64,000 nucleotides of DNA, taken from Armatimonadota bacterium. GTDB taxonomy: Bacteria; Armatimonadota; UBA5829; DTLH01. The notes under the pieces are model-generated. The model saw nothing but the letters and a program-made list of their open reading frames with translations. It was not told where the DNA came from and did not search any database. Position numbers and translations under genes: made by a program. Position 1 is the first letter of the stretch. The number at the start of each line of letters is the position of its first letter. Location of the stretch: assembly GCA_039679675.1 (NCBI GenBank), contig JBDKUN010000021.1, forward strand, positions 1 through 64,000, given 5' to 3'. Positions 57,049 to 64,000 of this stretch are shown here, one piece after another.

Positions 57049-58193
57049 AGAATAAGTGCTTTAGCTTCACGTCGGAATCCGTGACTGAAGGGCATCCCGA
57101 TAAACTGGCGGACCAGATATCTGATGCCGTCCTGGATGCTATTTTAGAGCAGGACCCGCTTGGCAGAGTCGCCTGTGAGGCACTTTTAACCACGGGACTG
57201 GTCATAGTCGCCGGGGAGATCACCACGAAAGCCTACGTTGAAATTCCGGAAATAGTCAGAAGGACTCTGGAGACCGTGGGTTACACAAGAGCCAAATACG
57301 GCTTCGATTACCAGACATGCGGCGTGCTGACTGCCATCCAGGCACAGTCTCCTGATATAGCACAGGGAGTAGATATAGGCGGAGCCGGTGACCAGGGTAT
57401 GATGTTCGGTTATGCCTGCAACGAGACTCCTGAGCTTATGCCTATGCCGATCATGCTCGCCCACAAGCTCGCAAAACAGCTTGCAGCAGTCCGAAAAAAT
57501 GGCGACCTGCGCTACCTGAGGCCCGACGGCAAGTCCCAGGTAACAGTGGTATATGAAAACGGGAAACCTGTCCGCATAGACAAGATAGTAGTCTCGGCAC
57601 AGCATCAGCCGAATATCCCGCAGTCCACTATCTATAATGATGTTGTTGAACAGGTGGTAAAACCGGTGCTTTCCGCCGCACTGCTCGACGGAAACGCTCA
57701 GATATTCGTTAACCCCACAGGTCACTTCGCGGTCGGCGGGCCTCAGGGTGACACCGGGCTCACGGGGAGAAAGATCATAGTAGACACTTACGGCGGAATG
57801 GCAAGACACGGAGGCGGCTGCTTCTCCGGTAAAGACCCGACCAAAGTAGACAGGTCTGCAGCGTATATGATGCGGTATATCGCTAAAAACATAGTCGCAG
57901 CGGGGCTGGCGGACAAGTGCGAGCTTCAGGTAGCTTATGCCATAGGCCAGAAAGACCCGATGAATATTACCGTCAACACATTCGGCACGGGCTGCATACC
58001 CGATGAGAAGATAGTCGAGCTGGTTCAAAAGTACTTCGATCTTACTCCTGGAGGAATTATCAAGAAACTGAACCTGAGAAGGCCGATCTACAAGCAGACT
58101 GCTGCTTACGGGCACTTCGGCCGCACGGATTTGGATGTTCCGTGGGAATACGTCGATATGGCGGACACTCTGCAGAAAGAATCGGGACTATAG
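57045..58193 (+). CDS. metK: S-adenosylmethionine synthetase
   Basis: [31 protein letters not shown] start after ggaggg. Confidence 0.98.
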   Translation: MKNKCFSFTSESVTEGHPDKLADQISDAVLDAILEQDPLGRVACEALLTTGLVIVAGEITTKAYVEIPEIVRRTLETVGYTRAKYGFDYQTCGVLTAIQAQSPDIAQGVDIGGAGDQGMMFGYACNETPELMPMPIMLAHKLAKQLAAVRKNGDLRYLRPDGKSQVTVVYENGKPVRIDKIVVSAQHQPNIPQSTIYNDVVEQVVKPVLSAALLDGNAQIFVNPTGHFAVGGPQGDTGLTGRKIIVDTYGGMARHGGGCFSGKDPTKVDRSAAYMMRYIAKNIVAAGLADKCELQVAYAIGQKDPMNITVNTFGTGCIPDEKIVELVQKYFDLTPGGIIKKLNLRRPIYKQTAAYGHFGRTDLDVPWEYVDMADTLQKESGL

Positions 58194-60605
58194 TTGTATG
58201 TCAGGGTCGCTGTCGATACGGAGGGTGCTGCTTATCTGGACTCGTTCACTTACGAAGTCCCGGAAGCTCTCCAATCTCGCGTAAAAATCGGAGCCTGCGT
58301 GCTTGTGCCGTTCGGTTCCACCCAGACCATCGGATGCATAGTAGCTCTTGAAGATACGCCGTCCGTGGCGAGGACAAAAGCGATCCTGGCAATCCTCGAT
58401 TCACCGATCACCCTGTCGGACGAACTGGTCGATCTGGCAGGGTGGATCTCCGAGCGGTTCATCTGCGGGCTGTCGCGCTGTACGCATTCCATCCTTCCCG
58501 GCGTCGTCCAATGCAAGGTCAAGGGACTGGTGGAGCTTGTTGATGATACTGCCCTACCCTCTTCCCCGCTTGCTGCGGCGCTCATGAACGCCGGTGGGTC
58601 GATCCCGCTCGATACACTTCGGTCAAAACGGCCTGAACTCTTCAGAGAGCTGAAAAAATTCGAGCTGGCAGGAGGCGCAGTCCGCCGGTACGAACTGATT
58701 CCGCCCCAGGGAAAGGAACGCCGGATTGCCGCCGCAGCGCTTTCGATCCCGCCAGAACAGGTCGAAAAAGAAGCATGCAAACTGCAGTCCCGCGCACCCC
58801 GGCAGGCTGAAGTGCTGAGGCACATCGCTCTTTACGGGACAGCTCCTTGCGCCAGACTGGTTTCCGATCTGTCGGTGAGCGAAAGCGTTATCTCAGGGCT
58901 TGTCTCGAAGGGACTTCTCAAACGCACATCTCTCACGGAGAGGCGGACACCGGCGCATACATCCGTTCCGTCTACCTCGCATTACAAGCTGACGGAAGAG
59001 CAGCAGGCTGCGCTTAATGCGTCAATCGAAGGGATAGACAGCCGAAAGCACAGCGTTATGCTGCTCCACGGCGTCACGGCAAGCGGAAAGACGGAAGTAT
59101 ACTTAAGAGCAATCGAGCACGCAGCGAAACAGGGCAGAAAGTCGCTTGTGCTGCTCCCTGAAATCTCGCTGACTACACAGGTGCTGAATATATTCCGGGG
59201 CAGGTTCGGAAGCCGCGTGGCTGTCCTTCACAGTATGCTTTCGGCGGGAGAACGGTTCGATGAATGGGCCCGGACCGAAAACAACGAAGTGGATGTGGTC
59301 CTCGGCGCGCGCTCCGCAGTCTTCGCCCCTATAAAGAATCTGGGGTTAGTCATAATCGATGAAGAACATGAGCCGAGCTACAAGCAGGACTCCGACCCCC
59401 GCTACCACGGCAGGGATACAGCGCTCAGGCGCGCGGAACAGAACGGAGCACTGGCAATCCTGGGAAGCGCGACCCCGTCGATAGAAAGCTACTACAGGGC
59501 GAAAACGGGTAAATATCGACTGGTAGTCATGCGCGAGCGCATTGCAAACCGCCCTTTGCCTTCAGTCTATATCGCGGACCTGAGGGAAGAGTATCAAAAA
59601 GGCCATGCGACGATATTTTCCGAAAGACTCACTGAAGCAATAGGCGACAAACTCGGTAAAGGCCAGCAGGTGATCCTGTTTCAAAACCGGCGGGCGTACG
59701 CCACTTTCCTGCTCTGCCGGGAATGCGGCTATACAGCCGGATGCCCGAACTGCGCGGTCGCGCTCAAGCTGCACGCGGCAGAACACATAATGCGCTGCCA
59801 CCACTGCGACTACGAAGAGGCTGCGCCGACACTTTGTCCGAACTGCGGAAGCTTGAAGATCGGAAAATTCGGTATAGGGACGGAGCGGATAGAAGAAGAG
59901 ACCAAAGCTGCATTCCCTGATGCCAGAGTCCTCAGGATGGACAGAGACACAACAGCACGCAAAGGGTCTCATGGGCAAATTCTCGATGCGTTTCGAAAAC
60001 ATGACGCAGACATTCTCGTCGGGACGCAGATGATAGCCAAGGGGTTGGATTTTCCTGGAGTGACGCTCGTCGGAGTCATCAGCGCGGACACATCGCTCAA
60101 CCTGCCTGATTTTCGGGCCGGAGAACGGACATTCCAATTGCTGTCGCAGGTCGCGGGAAGAGCAGGACGCGGGACCGAACCCGGCGAAGTAATAATACAG
60201 ACGTTCAATCCAGAACATTATGCGGTAGTCGCCGCAGCAGCGCACAATTACGAGTCATTTTACGAACAGGAGATCGAACGAAGGCGCGAGACCGGTTATC
60301 CTCCTTTTTCGTCGATGCTGAACATAGTCGCATCCGATGAAATCGAGGCCAATGCGCAGCAGAGACTTGATGAACTTGTCCATGACCTGGAGGAGAGGTC
60401 AAAAAAGTCCGAAAAAACACCGATCGAGGTACTGGGGCCGGTTCCAGCGCCTGTTGCGAAGCTCAGGGGCCGTTACCGCTGGCACGTCCTGCTCCGCTCG
60501 CCGGACAGGGATGCTTTGGCCAGGGCCGTTCGGGAATCACTCGATGCGCTTCCGTCGATCAGACGCGGGGTCACGGTGGATATTGACCCGGCATCAATGC
60601 TTTAA
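58194..60605 (+). CDS. priA: Primosomal protein N'
   Basis: GVTASGKT, DEEH, four CxxC pairs, GTQMIAKG, QVAGRAGR. Confidence 0.97.
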   Translation: MYVRVAVDTEGAAYLDSFTYEVPEALQSRVKIGACVLVPFGSTQTIGCIVALEDTPSVARTKAILAILDSPITLSDELVDLAGWISERFICGLSRCTHSILPGVVQCKVKGLVELVDDTALPSSPLAAALMNAGGSIPLDTLRSKRPELFRELKKFELAGGAVRRYELIPPQGKERRIAAAALSIPPEQVEKEACKLQSRAPRQAEVLRHIALYGTAPCARLVSDLSVSESVISGLVSKGLLKRTSLTERRTPAHTSVPSTSHYKLTEEQQAALNASIEGIDSRKHSVMLLHGVTASGKTEVYLRAIEHAAKQGRKSLVLLPEISLTTQVLNIFRGRFGSRVAVLHSMLSAGERFDEWARTENNEVDVVLGARSAVFAPIKNLGLVIIDEEHEPSYKQDSDPRYHGRDTALRRAEQNGALAILGSATPSIESYYRAKTGKYRLVVMRERIANRPLPSVYIADLREEYQKGHATIFSERLTEAIGDKLGKGQQVILFQNRRAYATFLLCRECGYTAGCPNCAVALKLHAAEHIMRCHHCDYEEAAPTLCPNCGSLKIGKFGIGTERIEEETKAAFPDARVLRMDRDTTARKGSHGQILDAFRKHDADILVGTQMIAKGLDFPGVTLVGVISADTSLNLPDFRAGERTFQLLSQVAGRAGRGTEPGEVIIQTFNPEHYAVVAAAAHNYESFYEQEIERRRETGYPPFSSMLNIVASDEIEANAQQRLDELVHDLEERSKKSEKTPIEVLGPVPAPVAKLRGRYRWHVLLRSPDRDALARAVRESLDALPSIRRGVTVDIDPASML

Positions 60606-60619
60606 TGTAAGGGGATACT

Positions 60620-61105
60620 ATGGGTATAGAAGAGATAGTTAGGTATGGAGCCAATGTGCTTTCGGAGCCTACCAAAGAGGTTCCTGAGTTCAATGACGAG
60701 ATCAAGCAACTCATAGAACACATGTATGAATTGCTGGCCGATGCTAAAGGCGCGGGATTAGCTGCCAATCAGATTGGTTTGTCGCTCAGATTGTTCGTCT
60801 ATGATGACGGGTCCGGTCCGCACGCACTTATCAACCCGAAAATCATCAAAAAATCCGGAAGTCAGATCGGGTCCGAAGGGTGTCTGAGCATTCCGGGGCT
60901 TTTCGGTGATGTCGAGCGGGCAAATGTTGCCACAGTAACAGGGATGGACGAAAACGGCAAAAAAGTGAAGCTCACCGGCACCGGATATCTTGCACGGATA
61001 TTCCAGCATGAGACAGACCATCTCGACGGAAAGCTGTTCATAGACCTTGCCGACGCCGATTCGCTGCACTGGGTAATGCCGGGGCAGGAAGATGAGGAAG
61101 AATAG
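60620..61105 (+). CDS. def: Peptide deformylase
   Basis: GAGLAANQIG, EGCLS, QHETDH. Confidence 0.97.
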   Translation: MGIEEIVRYGANVLSEPTKEVPEFNDEIKQLIEHMYELLADAKGAGLAANQIGLSLRLFVYDDGSGPHALINPKIIKKSGSQIGSEGCLSIPGLFGDVERANVATVTGMDENGKKVKLTGTGYLARIFQHETDHLDGKLFIDLADADSLHWVMPGQEDEEE

Positions 61106-61133
61106 AAATATTCGGAAATCTACAGGTATTTAC

Positions 61134-62075
61134 ATGCGTATTGTTTTCATGGGAACGAGTCCGTTTGCGGTTCCATCGCTTGAGGCGCTGGTAAGCGCAG
61201 GTCATGATATAGCCACTGTCGTCACTCAGCCTGACAGGCCGGGCGGCAGAGGCCGGAGTATGCGTATGTCCCCTGTTAAACAGCTTGCATTGACTCTTGG
61301 ACTGCCGGTTTTCCAACCCGAAAGAATAAGAGAGCAGGACGCAATCGATCACATCAAAAACTATGAACCGCTTGATGCAATAGTCGTCGCCGCGTTTGGA
61401 CAGATCATACCTCAGGCAATACTGAATATGCCTAAATATGGCAGCATAAATGTCCATGCGTCGCTCCTGCCAAAGTATCGCGGAGCCGCGCCGATACAGT
61501 ACGCGATAATGCGCGGTGAGGCGAAGACCGGCGTAACGACGATGCTGATGGATGCCGGGCTGGACACCGGCGATATCCTGCTTATGAGTGAAACCGAGAT
61601 CGGCATGGATGAAACAGCCGGAGAGTTGGAACCGAGGCTTGCAAATATCGGCGCCGAACTCCTTATCCTGACTCTGGACAAACTGGAGCGCGGAGAAATA
61701 ACTCCGCAGCCGCAGGACCCTTCGCGGGCGACGGTTGCAAAGTCACTCAAGCGTGATGAGGGGCGGATCGACTGGAATAGACCGGCAAAAGACATTCAGA
61801 ACCTTGTAAGGGCATTTACACCGCGCCCGGGCACATTTACAATCTTGAACAACGCGCAGATAAAGATCCACAAGGCAGAAGCAATCGGCGAAATTTCGGA
61901 AGGAAAAGCTCCCGGCGAAGTAGTAGATATTACGAAAGACGAAATCATCGTCGCGGCGGGCGAAGGCGGGGTAAAACTGATCGAAATTCAGCCAGAAAAC
62001 CGCCAGAAAATGAGCGCAGGTGCATTTGCGCGTGGATCGCGGCTGAATTTGGGAACACTTTTCACAAGCTCTTGA
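61134..62075 (+). CDS. fmt: Methionyl-tRNA formyltransferase
   Basis: MRIVFMGT, VTQPD, NVHASLLPKYRGAAP. Confidence 0.97.
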   Translation: MRIVFMGTSPFAVPSLEALVSAGHDIATVVTQPDRPGGRGRSMRMSPVKQLALTLGLPVFQPERIREQDAIDHIKNYEPLDAIVVAAFGQIIPQAILNMPKYGSINVHASLLPKYRGAAPIQYAIMRGEAKTGVTTMLMDAGLDTGDILLMSETEIGMDETAGELEPRLANIGAELLILTLDKLERGEITPQPQDPSRATVAKSLKRDEGRIDWNRPAKDIQNLVRAFTPRPGTFTILNNAQIKIHKAEAIGEISEGKAPGEVVDITKDEIIVAAGEGGVKLIEIQPENRQKMSAGAFARGSRLNLGTLFTSS

Positions 62076-62238
62076 TTTACAGGGATTATGTTGATATACT
62101 TCAAGCAAGCGTAGATCGTTTTTTACGGTACGGCTCTCTATGAGTATATGGCCGGCAGTCCGGTTCTCTCAAAAAATTAGCATTTATACTTTATTTCTTG
62201 GCTGGCGAGAGTATTCGGGATGTTTGGAGAGGTGCAGT

Positions 62239-62586
62239 ATGGGGAGTCTTGAGGACAGGTGCGAACAGGGCATAGCCTATAAAGTCGATGGTATGTACGA
62301 CGAGGCTCTTGCCGAGTTCAAGGCGATCCTGGAAGAAGATCCGAACTACGCTGAGGCGCACAGGCAGATCGGGCTTGTCTATGGGTTTATCGGGTTATTT
62401 GACGAGTCTATACAGGAATTACTCGCATCTCTTGAACTCGACCCATCGAATATAGCCATTAGAAACGATCTGGCACTGACCTATGCTATGCTGGGTATGG
62501 CCGACGAAGCTAAAGCTGAGTTCGAAATGGTTCTTGGGGTCGACCCGAACAACGATATTGCCAAGCGCAATATCATTTATTTCTAG
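62239..62586 (+). CDS. TPR-repeat protein
   Basis: Three TPR-like units ending DPN/DPS; RBS ggagagg. Confidence 0.85.
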   Translation: MGSLEDRCEQGIAYKVDGMYDEALAEFKAILEEDPNYAEAHRQIGLVYGFIGLFDESIQELLASLELDPSNIAIRNDLALTYAMLGMADEAKAEFEMVLGVDPNNDIAKRNIIYF

Positions 62587-62649
62587 AGAGTTTCAGATAT
62601 CACCTGAAACTCTTTCGGAAGATTTTCGGCAGCAGCCGGAATTCTATAG
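62583..62649. repeat. TA-flanked double-hairpin element D, reverse orientation
   Basis: 67 bp, same length as the copy at 45068-45134 and largely matching its reverse complement. Confidence 0.8.
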
Positions 62650-62696
62650 ATCACAGGTGCTGCTCGACAGCACCTGTTTAGACGTGAGGCAATATT

Positions 62697-64000
62697 TTGG
62701 ACGGCCGGGAAACATCAGCCGGAGTCGAGTTAGCCAAAATCAGGTTCGAGCCGGATGGGATAGAAATCCAGGTACCGGTAGGCACGATTGTAGCAAAGGC
62801 AGCTCTTATGGCAGGCTGCGCGGTGGAGATGAACTGCGGCGGCACAGGCACATGCGGCAAATGCCGCGTAAAAGTTGCCGGTAAAGTCGATCAACCTGAC
62901 TCCAGTGAAAAACGGTTTTTAACAACAGAAGAATTAGCGCGGGGAATGAGGCTGGCGTGTCGGGCACGGGTGACGGGCGATGCCGTAGTAGCGGTACCGA
63001 TTGCCAGCCGTTCGCTTGTACAAAAAGTGCTGAGTCATGGCATCATCCATGATGTTCACGTAGCACCTGCGGTGATGAAAGCATATCTTGACCTCCCCAA
63101 GCCGTCGCTTACTGACGAGCGGGGGGACTTCGAGCGACTTGCGGCGTCACTTACGGTCTATGATATCGAGACCGGAATAAATGTGCAGATAGCGCGCGAA
63201 CTGCCCTCCATACTGAGGGAAGCCGGTTATAAAGTCACGGCTGTTGTGGACGGCAGCGAACTGATCGCAGTCGAGCCCGGCGATACCGTCAGGCAGAATT
63301 ACGGCATAGCGTTCGATCTTGGAAGCACGACCATAGCCGGTTATCTTATGGATTTGAACACCGGGTACGAGATTGCGGTGGCATCAGTAATCAACCCGCA
63401 GGTGAGTTATGGGGATGACCTGGTATCGAGAATAAACTTTGCCGGGACCGAACCCGGCGGGCTCAATACTCTGCGTGAAGCCGCCATCGACGCGCTCAAT
63501 GAGATCGCAGACCGGCTGGCGAAGACGCAGAAAATCGACCCGAAGAACATCTACGAGGTAACTCTCGTCGGTAACACATGCATGACGCACCTTTTTATGG
63601 GGTTGAATGTTTCAACTCTGGGGCTTTCGCCCTATGTGCCGACTTTGTGCCGAAAAATGACCCTTCGAGGGGATGAAGCCGGGTTGCACATAAACCCCGG
63701 CGCACTGGTGCATGTGATGCCGAACGTTGCAGGGTTCGTCGGTTCGGACTTGATCGGGGTTGTGCTTGCCACACTGCGTGAAGACGAATACCGCACCAGG
63801 CTTGCGGTAGATGTTGGAACGAACGGCGAGATGGCACTTTTGCACAACGGGCAAATTTACGCATGTTCAGCGGCAGCGGGCCCTGCATTCGAGGGTGCAA
63901 GGATAAGCAGAGGAATGCGCGGAGCTCCGGGAGCAATCGACAGCGTCCGCATCGGCAGGCAGGTCGAGATTACGACCATAGAGGACTGTCCGGCGGTTGG
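62697..64000 (+). CDS. ASKHA-domain protein with N-terminal 2Fe-2S ferredoxin (RACo/DUF4445-like corrinoid activator), truncated by the window end; absent from the ORF track
   Basis: Hand translation from TTG 62697: CGGTGTCGKC..RLAC, YGIAFDLGSTT, NPQVSYGDDLVSRI, VGNTCM, VDVGTNGE, AAGPAFEG. Confidence 0.9.
   Translation, partial: MDGRETSAGVELAKIRFEPDGIEIQVPVGTIVAKAALMAGCAVEMNCGGTGTCGKCRVKVAGKVDQPDSSEKRFLTTEELARGMRLACRARVTGDAVVAVPIASRSLVQKVLSHGIIHDVHVAPAVMKAYLDLPKPSLTDERGDFERLAASLTVYDIETGINVQIARELPSILREAGYKVTAVVDGSELIAVEPGDTVRQNYGIAFDLGSTTIAGYLMDLNTGYEIAVASVINPQVSYGDDLVSRINFAGTEPGGLNTLREAAIDALNEIADRLAKTQKIDPKNIYEVTLVGNTCMTHLFMGLNVSTLGLSPYVPTLCRKMTLRGDEAGLHINPGALVHVMPNVAGFVGSDLIGVVLATLREDEYRTRLAVDVGTNGEMALLHNGQIYACSAAAGPAFEGARISRGMRGAPGAIDSVRIGRQVEITTIEDCPAV

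Overview
Mostly core chromosome of a diderm bacterium with Firmicutes-like gene order. LptF/G and LptD, a PEP-CTERM protein and the remA-gmk-coaBC-metK-priA-def-fmt order suggest Armatimonadota (inference only, no search run). The window opens in the right end of an IS1-family element. Next come a five-gene Ser/Thr phosphosignalling cluster (VWA, double FHA, RDD, PP2C, kinase), a GH78 hydrolase, transporters, smpB, ftsEX-M23, lptF/G-lptD, nfi, an AT-richer surface-protein locus, a tandem S41 protease pair, three CgeB-type glycosyltransferases, dapA, lysC, dnaG-rpoD and the remA-fmt operon. The window ends inside an ASKHA/2Fe-2S gene. Most notable: (1) tandem [RK]TQ-hydrophobic threonine repeats on the VWA and FHA proteins beside a kinase with a glycine-free P-loop; (2) two tandem c-di-GMP-I riboswitches followed by an unexplained structured RNA rather than an obvious gene; (3) an S41 paralog lacking both catalytic residues next to an intact one; (4) modular, nested palindromic repeats, including a 67-bp TA-flanked element and a repeat mosaic kept in frame in the 5' end of lptD; (5) a duplicated sigma-54 promoter unit; (6) an ankyrin gene interrupted by one TGA at a Gly position. 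All calls come from motif reading by eye.
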